Origin: a virus
Reading direction: 5' to 3' (one strand)
Virus record (IMG/VR): IMGVR_UViG_3300045978_000284
Coordinates: 44,432 to 108,431 of that record
DNA: 64,000 bases
The notes below the pieces were generated by a model. The model had not been told where the DNA came from, did not search any database, and saw nothing but the letters and a program-made list of their open reading frames with translations. The translations under genes and the position numbers were made by a program. Below, piece by piece: positions 1-9,305 of this stretch. The first letter of the stretch is position 1; each line of letters starts with the position of its first letter.

Positions 1-1375
1 CTACGATCGCGTGCTGCGCGGGGCCGGGCTCACGAACGTCCCCTATCTGAAGCAGCTTCCGCCGGTGGCCCAGGACGCGGTCCTTGAGGAGAGCGAGCCG
101 CTGGTCGAGCTGATGCTCAGCGAGTTCCTGCTCGCGGGCAACCCGTACCGGGCGGCCGATGGGACGTTCACCGACGCGGCCCACGACGTCGGCGGTGGCG
201 GTGTCGGTGGTGGTGGCGGCAAGGGCGGCGGCGCCGGGCCCGCTGCGGTCAAGGTCTCGCGCAGCGCGGCCCGGGGCGCCCAGATCGGCTGGGACCTCGG
301 GCGCCTCTTCGGCTCCACGAAGCTCTCCGGGGCAGCGGCGACCGGCATCGGGATCGCGGCCGGTCTCGGGTCGCTGGCCGCGGCGAATCCGGATGCGGCC
401 ATGAAAGTGGCGGGCCTGGCGAAGGCCCTCGGCTCGCGTGTCATGCGTCACGGGCCGGCGATCGCTGGAACCGTCCTGGCCGGCGCGGGCATGCTCGGGC
501 TGTCGCGCGTCGGCCGGCCCCCCGCGCCAGGGCGACAGTCACCGGCCGAGCTTGAAGTCGGCGCGGCCATGGCGCGGCAGGGCTTGCTCCCGCCCGCGGC
601 TCCCGGTGGCGCTCCCGCGAAGCCAGCGCTGGGAGCTCTGGCGACCGGGAAAATCCAGAACGCCAAGGCCGTGCTGCGCGAGGTGCTCTCGCGCTATCGC
701 TCGATGCCCCTCAAGCCGGAGGCGCCCGCCGCTCCAGCGGCGCCCGCCGAACCGCCCTACACGTCCTGGGTCGAGCGGCAGATCGCGTCGGGCGAGAAGG
801 GCTCGCGAGGCACGCGGCGGCTGCGCAAGGGCGGCGGCGTCGGCTACCAGGGCGGCCGCAACGTGCGCCTCGACGACGTGCTCGCCACGTTCCGGGAGTT
901 CCGCCTGGCGGATGAGGAGGACGACGCCCTGGAGGCCATCGACGTCGATGCCATCCCGGACGATCTCGCCGAGGCGATCCTGAAGATGCTGCAGGCCTAC
1001 GTGGAGCGCGAAGAGAAGGCGCTCTCCGAGCGGCTGCATCGCACGCTGACCGGCCAGGCGCTCGCCGATGGCGACCCGGAGGACGAGGACGAGGAAGAGG
1101 ACGAGGACGAGGACGAGGACGAGGATCTCGAGTCCCTGCCGAACCGGGTGCGCGCAGCCTGGAACGCGATGTACCCGATGGGCATCTCCATGAACGGCGC
1201 GCGCCATCCCTACCTCACCAAGATCTTCGAGGAGCACGTGATCGCGGAGGACGGCGAGCGGCCGAACACGTGGTGGCAGATTCCGTGGCGAGAGGTCGGC
1301 CCACAGATCGTCTTCGACATGGCGGCCCGCATCCCGGTCCACCAGGTGTGGCTGCCTGCGGGAGCGACCGCATGA
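1..1375 (+). CDS. C-terminal part of a Mu gpI-like prohead protease fusion (5' truncated by window edge), carrying one NPYR cargo module
   Basis: Frame open from base 2: YDRVLRGAGLTNVPYLK resembles the 'LTNxP' end of Mu gpI-type proteases; lies upstream of scaffold and capsid; followed by NPYRAADGTFT, Gly/Ala hydrophobic stretch and acidic tract. Confidence 0.65.
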   Translation, partial: YDRVLRGAGLTNVPYLKQLPPVAQDAVLEESEPLVELMLSEFLLAGNPYRAADGTFTDAAHDVGGGGVGGGGGKGGGAGPAAVKVSRSAARGAQIGWDLGRLFGSTKLSGAAATGIGIAAGLGSLAAANPDAAMKVAGLAKALGSRVMRHGPAIAGTVLAGAGMLGLSRVGRPPAPGRQSPAELEVGAAMARQGLLPPAAPGGAPAKPALGALATGKIQNAKAVLREVLSRYRSMPLKPEAPAAPAAPAEPPYTSWVERQIASGEKGSRGTRRLRKGGGVGYQGGRNVRLDDVLATFREFRLADEEDDALEAIDVDAIPDDLAEAILKMLQAYVEREEKALSERLHRTLTGQALADGDPEDEDEEEDEDEDEDEDLESLPNRVRAAWNAMYPMGISMNGARHPYLTKIFEEHVIAEDGERPNTWWQIPWREVGPQIVFDMAARIPVHQVWLPAGATA

Positions 1376-3288
1376 GCCTCCGGACGACCCTCGCCGAGCA
1401 CACCCTGGCCAACCCCTACCGGGACGAGGGCGGTCGGTTCACGACAGAGTCACAAGACACGGGTGGACGCACTGGGGGCGCGGCGAAAGGCGAGGGGCGC
1501 CTCGCCAAGACCGCCAAGCGCGTCGCGAAGGCGGCGGGGGCAGCACTGGATCTCCCGGAGGCCGAAACCCGGACGATCAGCGCCGATAGAGCGGCGGTGG
1601 GGAAGGCGATCAAGAGAGGCATCGGGCACGGTGTGGTGACCGGCCTGGTGCTCGGTCGGCGCGCCGGGCTCGTAACTGGAGCTGCGGAGGCCGTGACGCA
1701 GCTCTCCAAAGCGCCGAAGCTCCGGCGCACCGTCGACCGCGCCCTCCGCACAGTCAGTCGGGGCGCCATCAACCTGGGGCCCAAGGGTGTCGGCCAGCTG
1801 ATCAATGGCCTGGTCCTCACGGGAAGCCTCGCGTACTCGGCCTACCAGATCTACAAGGGGCTGCAGTCGCTGCGGCCCCCCGGGCCGAGTCGTCAGCTGG
1901 CCGAACCCGATGTGGCCGATCGGGAGTCGTTCGAGGCTGTGCCGGAGGTGATCTGGAAGGCCCTCCTGTCGGCCCTCAAGGACTACACCAAGCATGGCGA
2001 TGGCGATCGCCTGCAGCGGGACCTGGCCGCCATCGCGCCGGCCCAGTCCGAGCTATCGGAGACCCTGCAGGAGTACGCGCTGGCGAACCCGTACCGAGAT
2101 CGAGAGGGCAAGTTCACCACCGAGGCCGGCGACACGGGCGGCGGCGGGCGCGGTGCAAAGACCGAGAGGCCGCGCGCGCGCAAGCGCGGCCTGGGCGGTG
2201 AATCGGTATCCGAAAGCCTGAAGGTCGGTGCCGCCACTGGCGCGACGATGGCCGTCGGCAGCGCGTTCGCCATGCCGCCGTTGCATGCGGTTGGGGCCGG
2301 CGGCCTCTCGGGGGTCGGGGCGGCGGCCTGGAATATCGGGAAGAGCCCGAAAGGCCGCGCCGCCGTCGCCAAGACCGTGCGCACGCTGAGCAACGGTGCC
2401 ATCAAGATCGGCCCCAAGGCCGTGGGCCGCATCCTGAAAGGCGTTAGCGTGGCGGCCACTCTCGGGGGCAGCGCCGTGGCCATGCACGCGCTCTACAAGG
2501 CGATGGGTGGCGGAGGGGATCTCCTCGGAACCTTCCGCGACGAGCTGGCCAAGCCGGGAGGGCCCCGGGGCGGCCCGGCCCCGTTCTCCCCCTACGGTGG
2601 GAACGTGGTGAAAGAGCCCACCTATACGGGAGGAGGTCGTCCCCCCGATCCACCCGATCCGACCATTCGCCGACCGGGCGACACGGCGGCGGTCGAGTAC
2701 CGGGGCAAGACGTTCTATGGGAAGACCGAGGACGACGCCATGAACAAGCTCAGGCGAGCCCAGCTCCCCGAGCAGGGCGCATTCGTCGGAGACACGTCGA
2801 CCATCTTCCGCGGAACCTCCGGGAAGCCACTCGCCCCCGGCCTCGGCATCGTCGGCTACCCGAAGACCAGGGAGGAAGCCGCGGCGCGCACGCAGGCATT
2901 CCGGAGCACGGTGTATGGAGGCCAGAAGTTCACATCCAAGTCGAAGCCGATCCCGACGCTCGAGCCGCCCAAGGCGCGGTTGGGTGGCCTCCTGGGTCCG
3001 CCGCGCGTGGACACGCTCGAAGACCTGCTGAAGCGCCCCGGCTTCAAGCTGGCCGAGCCGGACGCGCCGGACGATCTGCCCGAACCGCTCCTGAAGGCCA
3101 TGGTGTCGGCCCTCCAGGACTACGCGAAGCACGAGGACGCCGACCGTCTCCGGCGGGATCTCGCGGCGATCCAGGCGCGCGTGGACGCGGCCGCGGACCA
3201 GACGGAACCCGCACTGTCAGAACCTTCCATCGGCGAGGTCCTGGGCCAGCAGGCCCGGAGAAGCCTGCTCGCCGCGATCGCCCACTGA
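1372..3288 (+). CDS. Head-operon protein with two NPYR-cargo-acidic-helix modules (putative internal/ejection protein)
   Basis: ATG at 1372 overlaps the upstream TGA (ATGA); internal duplication LANPYRDEGGRFTT / LANPYRDREGKFTT and ALKDYTKHGDGDRLQRDLAAI / ALQDYAKHEDADRLRRDLAAI. Confidence 0.7.
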   Translation: MSLRTTLAEHTLANPYRDEGGRFTTESQDTGGRTGGAAKGEGRLAKTAKRVAKAAGAALDLPEAETRTISADRAAVGKAIKRGIGHGVVTGLVLGRRAGLVTGAAEAVTQLSKAPKLRRTVDRALRTVSRGAINLGPKGVGQLINGLVLTGSLAYSAYQIYKGLQSLRPPGPSRQLAEPDVADRESFEAVPEVIWKALLSALKDYTKHGDGDRLQRDLAAIAPAQSELSETLQEYALANPYRDREGKFTTEAGDTGGGGRGAKTERPRARKRGLGGESVSESLKVGAATGATMAVGSAFAMPPLHAVGAGGLSGVGAAAWNIGKSPKGRAAVAKTVRTLSNGAIKIGPKAVGRILKGVSVAATLGGSAVAMHALYKAMGGGGDLLGTFRDELAKPGGPRGGPAPFSPYGGNVVKEPTYTGGGRPPDPPDPTIRRPGDTAAVEYRGKTFYGKTEDDAMNKLRRAQLPEQGAFVGDTSTIFRGTSGKPLAPGLGIVGYPKTREEAAARTQAFRSTVYGGQKFTSKSKPIPTLEPPKARLGGLLGPPRVDTLEDLLKRPGFKLAEPDAPDDLPEPLLKAMVSALQDYAKHEDADRLRRDLAAIQARVDAAADQTEPALSEPSIGEVLGQQARRSLLAAIAH

Positions 3289-3304
3289 GGAGAGGAGGCC
3301 AACG

Positions 3305-4078
3305 ATGGGCAAGTTGCTCGTTCAGCTGCGCAAGGATCTCGCCCTCGCCGAGGACGCGACGGTCGTCGAGGTCATGGACCACATGGGCCGCATGCTCGCG
3401 GACGACATGACCGAGGAGGAGAAGAAGAAGGCCGAGGAAGAGGCCGCCGCCGCCAATGCGGCGAAGAGCGCCGAGGAGGAGGCCAAGAAGGAAGAGGACA
3501 AGGAGATGTCGGAGGTGCGCGCGCTGCTCAAGATCGCCAAGCCGAAGCCGGGCGCGATCCTGACGGCGGTGCGGACTCTCACGACGTCGGCCTCCGACCA
3601 CGTGCTCTCGGAGACCGCGCTGGGCCGCGAGCTTGCCGAGCTGCGCCTGTCCCACAAGGAGCTGTCAGATCAGGTCGAGGAGCTGCGCCCCGCGGCCGCG
3701 GAAGCGACGCGCCTGGCGGCCGAGGCGAAGGCCACCAAGAAGGCCACCTTCTTCGATCGCCAGCTCCACGAGGGCAAGCTGAAGCCGGCGGAGCGGTCGT
3801 TCTATGAGGCCCAGTACGACCTCAACGAGGACGCGGTGGTCAAGTTCTTCGGCGAGCGCAAGCCGGAGATCAAGCTCGGCCAGTGGCCGTCGGTCAATCG
3901 CCCGGTCGAGGAGCCCGCGGCCGGGGATCCGCGCGAGCGGGTGCTGGCCGAGGCGCAGAAGCTCGCCCTCGCCGAGAAGATTCCGCTCGACCAGGCCGTG
4001 CACCGCGTGACGGCCCAGGACCACGAGCTGGCCGAATCGGTGCGGGGCATGTACGGCCCGGCGGGCGTCCGCCGGTAA
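3305..4078 (+). CDS. Capsid scaffolding protein
   Basis: GAGGAG SD; E/K/A-rich coiled coil; 'HEGKLKPAER' segment like Mu gpI/Z scaffold C-terminus; position before decoration and capsid genes. Confidence 0.75.
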   Translation: MGKLLVQLRKDLALAEDATVVEVMDHMGRMLADDMTEEEKKKAEEEAAAANAAKSAEEEAKKEEDKEMSEVRALLKIAKPKPGAILTAVRTLTTSASDHVLSETALGRELAELRLSHKELSDQVEELRPAAAEATRLAAEAKATKKATFFDRQLHEGKLKPAERSFYEAQYDLNEDAVVKFFGERKPEIKLGQWPSVNRPVEEPAAGDPRERVLAEAQKLALAEKIPLDQAVHRVTAQDHELAESVRGMYGPAGVRR

Positions 4079-4111
4079 TCATCCGGCTCAGCCGGGGAAG
4101 GAGGAACCACC

Positions 4112-4516
4112 ATGACGGCAGGAATGGGCACTCTGGCGAACCCTTCGGTGGGGAACGCCAACGTCGACCTCAGCGGGTCGGTGTACCGCTTCGTCAAGCG
4201 GCTCAGCACGGGGCTCATCGACCTGACGACGGCCGCGGCCGATCTCCCGGTCGGCGTGCTGTTCAACAAGCCCAAGGCGGGTGAGGCGGTCAACTGCTTC
4301 ACGGTCGACGGGGGCATCGTCAAGATGATCTGGGACGGGGTGGCGGGCACGCCCCTGGTCCCGGGCGTCGCGTTGAAGCTCTCGGCGGCCTCGCCGGGCG
4401 CGGTGACGCCCACGGTGACGGCCACCGACAAGGTGGTGGCCGTGCTCGAGGACGCCAACGGCGCCACCGCGGTCGGTCACGTCATCACGGCTCAGCTCAA
4501 GGGCGGCACGCTGTAA
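4112..4516 (+). CDS. Capsid decoration/cement protein (DUF2190-like)
   Basis: 134 aa, small-residue beta-rich, 'PVGVLFNKPKAGEAV...VVAVLEDANGA'; between scaffold and capsid. Confidence 0.7.
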   Translation: MTAGMGTLANPSVGNANVDLSGSVYRFVKRLSTGLIDLTTAAADLPVGVLFNKPKAGEAVNCFTVDGGIVKMIWDGVAGTPLVPGVALKLSAASPGAVTPTVTATDKVVAVLEDANGATAVGHVITAQLKGGTL

Positions 4517-4523
4517 CGCCCTC

Positions 4524-4551
4524 GTGCCGGCGGCCCCCGACGCCGGCACGC
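4524..4551 (+). other. Intergenic stem-loop before the capsid gene
   Basis: CGTGCCGGCG-N8-CGCCGGCACG, perfect 10-bp stem without U-tract. Confidence 0.5.
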
Positions 4552-4579
4552 ACCCAGGGGAGAAAGTTGAGGCGCACGA

Positions 4580-5521
4580 ATGCCTCCGGCACGGCTCGAC
4601 CCACGTGATGTGCGTATCGACCCGCTGCTGTCGTCGATCTCGGTGGCGTATGTGAACCGGGCCTACATCGCCCCGGGGATCGCGCCGGTCATCCCGAGCG
4701 ACCTCGACGGCGGTCGGTACACGGAGTACAACCAGGCGGACTGGTTCCGGAACGAAGCGTCCAAGCGCGCGGCCGGCACGCGCTCGCGACGCGGCGAGTA
4801 CGGGATCACCTTCTCGACCTACTTCTGCGAGGAAGTGGCGTTCTCGCGGGAAATCCCGGACGAGATCCGGCAGAACGCGATGCAGCCGATCCGTCCCGAC
4901 ACCGACGCCACCAACTACGCCACGGACAAGGTCATGCTGGCGAAGGAGGTGCGGGTCGCCACCAAGATGCGGACGGCGGCCAACTGGCCCGGCTCGGTGG
5001 CCCTGACCGGCACCAACCGCTGGAACGACTACGCGAACAGCGATCCCATCTCTGACGTCGAGGCGGGGATCGACCTGATCCACGGCCGCACGGGGTACGA
5101 CGTCAACACGATGGTCCTGCCCCATCCGGTGTGGAAGAAGCTCAAGCATCACCCGGACATCATCGACCGCATCAAGTACAGCCAGCGCGGCTTCGTGAAC
5201 GTGGAGCTGCTGCAGGAGCTGTTCGAGGTCGAGCGGATCATGGTGGCCAAGCCCGTGTACACCCAGAGCAACGAAGGGCTGGCGGCCGGCGCCGAGACCT
5301 ACCAGTACGTGTGGGGCAAGGACGTCTGGCTCGGCTACATCACGGGCAATCCGGGCATCCAGGAACCGACGGCGATGTACCAGTTCGTGAGCGGCCAGCG
5401 GGCCACGCGCACCTGGCGGGAAGAGCCCGAGCACCAGGACGTGGTCGAGGCCTACGAGAAGGTGGACGAGAAGGTGATCAGCCAGCTGCTGGGCTATCTG
5501 ATCGCCACCGCGATCGACTAG
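4580..5521 (+). CDS. Major capsid protein (HK97 fold, capsid-E-like family)
   Basis: 313 aa; 'IDPLLSSISVAY.N..YIA', 'WNDYANSDPISDV', 'LKHHPDIIDRIKY', 'YVWGKDVWLGY' typical of this MCP family. Confidence 0.9.
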   Translation: MPPARLDPRDVRIDPLLSSISVAYVNRAYIAPGIAPVIPSDLDGGRYTEYNQADWFRNEASKRAAGTRSRRGEYGITFSTYFCEEVAFSREIPDEIRQNAMQPIRPDTDATNYATDKVMLAKEVRVATKMRTAANWPGSVALTGTNRWNDYANSDPISDVEAGIDLIHGRTGYDVNTMVLPHPVWKKLKHHPDIIDRIKYSQRGFVNVELLQELFEVERIMVAKPVYTQSNEGLAAGAETYQYVWGKDVWLGYITGNPGIQEPTAMYQFVSGQRATRTWREEPEHQDVVEAYEKVDEKVISQLLGYLIATAID

Positions 5522-5597
5522 CAGCACCGCGCTTCAGGCGGGCGCAGGATCTGCGGACAGGGGACCGTCCGTTCCCGCCTCGCGCAGGAGAGACACG

Positions 5598-6197
5598 ATG
5601 CAGATGCTGGTGACGAAGGACATGACGGCCGCCGGGGTGCGGTACAAGGCCGGCGACCTGTTCAACGTGCTGGGGGTGCAGCATCGCCAGTTCTTCGGCG
5701 ACAGCCTGATGCCCATCACGGACCCGGATCTCATCAAGGCCGCCCGGCTCGGCCAGAACTGGTACACGGTGGTCGCCCCGTTCCGATGGGCGCGCCACGA
5801 CTACGCGGCGGGCGATCTGATGCGCGTCGAGGAGCGCTCGATGCTGCGGCGCCTGCCCAAGACCGAGGACGGCCAGTCGAGCGTGCGCCCCGCGACGGGC
5901 GACGAAGTGGTCGCGTGGTACCGTCGGATCCAGGCCACAGGAGCGCTCCCAGAGGACACGGGGGCACGGGATGCCGGATTCGACGCGACCGGCGAGGACG
6001 ACGACGAAGACGACGCGGGCCCGCCCCTCGTGGCCTCCGGGCGCATCGACGCGGAAACGCAGCCGGGTGAGCCCGACGACGACGAGGACGACGACGAGGA
6101 CGACGACGACGAGGACGAGGACGACGGGGGCACGGTGACTCAGCCGCCGCCGCCGGCCCCGGCCGGTCGTTCCAGGGGGCGACGAGGGCGCCACTGA
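5598..6197 (+). CDS. Hypothetical head-associated protein with acidic tail
   Basis: AGGAG SD; two short repeats (YKAGD / YAAGD); D/E-rich C-terminus; directly after MCP. Confidence 0.6.
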   Translation: MQMLVTKDMTAAGVRYKAGDLFNVLGVQHRQFFGDSLMPITDPDLIKAARLGQNWYTVVAPFRWARHDYAAGDLMRVEERSMLRRLPKTEDGQSSVRPATGDEVVAWYRRIQATGALPEDTGARDAGFDATGEDDDEDDAGPPLVASGRIDAETQPGEPDDDEDDDEDDDDEDEDDGGTVTQPPPPAPAGRSRGRRGRH

Positions 6198-6700
6198 TGC
6201 GCTACTGCGAGATCCAGGACGTCCAGGCGCTGCGGACGAACCACCCCATCACCCCTTCGTCCAAGCCCTCGACCAACGACGTCCAGACGATCATCGAGAA
6301 CCTCACCTCCCGGGTGAACGGGCGGCTCTCGTCGGCGGGATACATCGTGCCGATCACCGGACCCGCGTCGCTGGAGTACCTGCGCTCGATGGTGGCGTTC
6401 GGCGCCGCCGGGATCATCCAGGACTCCCAAGCCGCCGGGATCGCGCCGGAGCTGCATGGCGTCAACGTCGAGAATCGCTACTGGAACACCTTCGAGGTCA
6501 TGCTCGAGGAGTCGGTCAGCGTCGACGGGGTGCTGTCGGACGCGCCGCGCGGCCAGGGCGAATCGAGCGCCGGCGCCAACGGGCGGCCGCTGCCAGAGAG
6601 CTTCTTCACGCGCTACCCGGACGCCAACCCGGACTCGGGCCAGTTCGGCCGCCTCTCGGGGACCGCGGTCAACCGCTTCCAGATCGGGAAGCAATACTGA
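6197..6700 (+). CDS. Head-tail adaptor (Mu gp36 / SPP1 gp15-like)
   Basis: 'MRYCEIQDVQ...VNGRLSSAGYIVPI' N-terminal pattern and position. Confidence 0.7.
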   Translation: MRYCEIQDVQALRTNHPITPSSKPSTNDVQTIIENLTSRVNGRLSSAGYIVPITGPASLEYLRSMVAFGAAGIIQDSQAAGIAPELHGVNVENRYWNTFEVMLEESVSVDGVLSDAPRGQGESSAGANGRPLPESFFTRYPDANPDSGQFGRLSGTAVNRFQIGKQY

Positions 6701-7152
6701 TGCTGGAGATCGCGTTCACCACCAAGGGCGAGGATCCGGCGGCGTTCGTGCTCCGCTTCGAGCGGACGACGGAGCGCGTGGTCAACTTTCGCCCGGCCTT
6801 CATGGAGATCGCCCGGGCCCACGGGCTCTACATGGACGAGGTGTTCACGACCGAGGGGCGGACCGGCCTCGGCCAGTGGCGGGAACTAACTCCGAGCTAC
6901 TCGAGGTGGAAGGAGCGGGCCTACCCGGGGATGCCGATCGGCACGCGCACGGGCGATCTGCGCCGCGACGCCGGGCGCGCGGTGATGGCGGGGTCTAACC
7001 GGATCCTCATGGGCCCCCAGGCGGTGGCCTACGCGCCCTTCTTCAACGCGGAGCGTCCCTTCCTGCCGATCAATGAGCGCCAGGAGCGCATGTACCGGGA
7101 GATCTTCCGGCGTCACGTGCTGGACGCCATCCACGGGGCCCGAGGTGCCTGA
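6700..7152 (+). CDS. Virion morphogenesis/tail completion protein (Mu gpG-like)
   Basis: 'FTTEG...WRELTPSY...RTGDLRR...YA...RPFL' motif set. Confidence 0.75.
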   Translation: MLEIAFTTKGEDPAAFVLRFERTTERVVNFRPAFMEIARAHGLYMDEVFTTEGRTGLGQWRELTPSYSRWKERAYPGMPIGTRTGDLRRDAGRAVMAGSNRILMGPQAVAYAPFFNAERPFLPINERQERMYREIFRRHVLDAIHGARGA

Positions 7153-7643
7153 TGCCGCCCCGCATGTTCGAGGCGATCGCCACGAGCCTCCGGGACCTGC
7201 TGGTGGCCGAGCTACCGGCCCAGATCGACGCGCTCAACGCGGACCGGGCCGACGACATCGTGCTCGACCACATCAAGGACGTGATCATCGGGGAGCGCCT
7301 GGCCCTCAACTGGCCGGCGCTCTGGGTGCACGTCGATCGCTCCCGGGTGCCGTCCGATCGGCCGGACATGCGCCAGCTCGGGCTGGAGGGTGTGGGGGAC
7401 TGGGTCTACATGGCGAGCGTCGCCATCGCGGTCACGGATCCCGACAACCCGGACAACCTGCGGCTGCGCCTCTACCGCTACGCCGAAGCCTTGGCCCTGA
7501 TCGTCCGGGAGCACATGTACCACCAGACCGGGTGGTACTTCGCGCTCGGCATGGACATCTCGCTGAGCACGGCCGGGTGGGTGCGCCAGTCGCTCTGGCG
7601 ACAAGACGTCCAGTTGCAGGTGGAAATCCACCGCGCTGACTAG
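7152..7643 (+). CDS. Putative tail terminator
   Basis: 163 aa between neck gene and tail tube; TGATG coupling. Confidence 0.55.
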   Translation: MPPRMFEAIATSLRDLLVAELPAQIDALNADRADDIVLDHIKDVIIGERLALNWPALWVHVDRSRVPSDRPDMRQLGLEGVGDWVYMASVAIAVTDPDNPDNLRLRLYRYAEALALIVREHMYHQTGWYFALGMDISLSTAGWVRQSLWRQDVQLQVEIHRAD

Positions 7644-7652
7644 GAGGAGACC

Positions 7653-7856
7653 ATGCCCCCGTTCAACCCTGGCGATCAGGTGACGGTCCCGAGCGGACCC
7701 GAGGTGCTGACGGTCGTTCCCTCGAAGCCTGGTGATCCCGCGGGATACGTCCGGGTGGACGTGCGCGCGGCCGATCCGGCGTCACCGCCCTACGAAGGCC
7801 CGGACACCGGGCCGCATGCGCTCTACGCGGAAGGCGACGTCACCCCCAGCCCCTAA
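7653..7856 (+). CDS. Small hypothetical protein
   Basis: AGGAGGAG SD; 'FNPGDQVTVPSGPEVLTV'. Confidence 0.55.
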   Translation: MPPFNPGDQVTVPSGPEVLTVVPSKPGDPAGYVRVDVRAADPASPPYEGPDTGPHALYAEGDVTPSP

Positions 7857-7883
7857 CGAGACGCGACCGAGGAGGAAGAACCT

Positions 7884-8858
7884 ATGGCGGCGCCTGCCGT
7901 TCCGCTAGTCGAACGAAGGACCATCGCGCTCAAGATCGAGACGGTGTACGGCACGGACGTCTTCGCGGGGACCGTGACCCTGGCGGACGTGATGGAAGCC
8001 TACGAGATCATGCCCGAGAGCGGACCGCAGAACGTCGACATCCCGACGATGGGCGGTCTTCTGACGAACCTCGGGTCGGTGCCCGGAACGCGGATCGGTC
8101 AGGTCAGCTTCGCCATGATGCTGCGCGGCGGCGGGTCGGCCTACAGCACGACCGTCAAGCCCGCGGTGGATGTCGCCCTCCGGGCGTGCGGCATGCTGGG
8201 GACGTTCTCGGCCACGCCGACCCCGAACTGGGTCTACACCCCGAAGTCCACGGGCTTCGAGGCGGTCACCTGTTACGTGATGAACGAGTACGGCCCGACC
8301 GTGAAGCTGACCGGTGCCTTCGGGAGCGGCCAGATCATGTTCTCGATGGGGCGGCCGGTCATCATGCGGGTCACCCTGCAGGGGATCTACACGACGGAAA
8401 CGGACACCCCGACCATCGTGACCAAGGCGGTGAGCACGTCGCCGGCCTGGCCGACGTTCCTGAACGCGGCCGCGGTGTGGGGGGCTTACAGCCCCGTCCT
8501 GGCGAACGCGAGCCTCAACTTCGGCAACTCGCTCGACGTCATCGAGTCGGCCAACAACGCGGCGGGCATCGCCGGCGTCATCTTCGGCACGCGTCGCCCA
8601 TCGGGCTCCATCGACCCAGCGGTGACCGTGCGGGGCGCCAGCGGCTTCGACTTCATCGCGGACTGGGAAGCGGCCACGCCGCGCCTGGTGGCCTGGGGCA
8701 CCAACGGTGTGCAGTACCAGCGCTGCAAGGTGGAAGCCCCGCGGGCCGTCATCCGGTCGCGGCCCTGGATCGCGCGAGGCACGAAGGCGGCCTGGCAGCT
8801 CGGCTTCGACTGCACGCCGAATCTCGGCGATGACGATTATAAGATCACCTTTGATTGA
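7884..8858 (+). CDS. Tail tube (major tail) protein
   Basis: 'IALKIETVYGTD' N-terminus, T/G-rich beta composition, position before chaperones and tape measure. Confidence 0.8.
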   Translation: MAAPAVPLVERRTIALKIETVYGTDVFAGTVTLADVMEAYEIMPESGPQNVDIPTMGGLLTNLGSVPGTRIGQVSFAMMLRGGGSAYSTTVKPAVDVALRACGMLGTFSATPTPNWVYTPKSTGFEAVTCYVMNEYGPTVKLTGAFGSGQIMFSMGRPVIMRVTLQGIYTTETDTPTIVTKAVSTSPAWPTFLNAAAVWGAYSPVLANASLNFGNSLDVIESANNAAGIAGVIFGTRRPSGSIDPAVTVRGASGFDFIADWEAATPRLVAWGTNGVQYQRCKVEAPRAVIRSRPWIARGTKAAWQLGFDCTPNLGDDDYKITFD

Positions 8859-9019
8859 CTACTGAGTACTTTTCGCTTGACTAAGCGATGAGCGACAAAG
8901 AGCGCGAGGGCCCGTTCCGCCGGCTGTTCTCCGCCTGCATCCGCGGGACGGCTGCCCTCCTGCGGTGGATCGCGGGTCGGTCGGGCGAGAAGCCGAAGGA
9001 CGGCTGAAATGGCCGGGCC

Positions 9020-9217
9020 ATGGTGGTGGCCTCGATCCTCGCGGCGCTGCTGCTGACGGGGTGTGGCGTACACTTGGCGAGCGACGCCGAGTCGTCGGTC
9101 GTCTCGGCGTGCGGCAACATTCACATGGCGCATCGGCTCCTGATCGAGAAGGGGACCGTCGTGCGGATCACGCAGTCGTGCTCGGTCATCATCGAGCAGC
9201 AGCGCGACGAGCCGTGA
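9020..9217 (+). CDS. Small lipoprotein (possible outer spanin)
   Basis: Hydrophobic N-terminus with lipobox LTGC. Confidence 0.45.
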   Translation: MVVASILAALLLTGCGVHLASDAESSVVSACGNIHMAHRLLIEKGTVVRITQSCSVIIEQQRDEP

Positions 9218-9305
9218 CGATCAGGGGGCTCATCGTCGCCGCCGGTCTGCACAGCTGAAACTGCCAGTACCATAGGCGCGACCGAAGGGCATCTGGAGGC
9301 CATCT

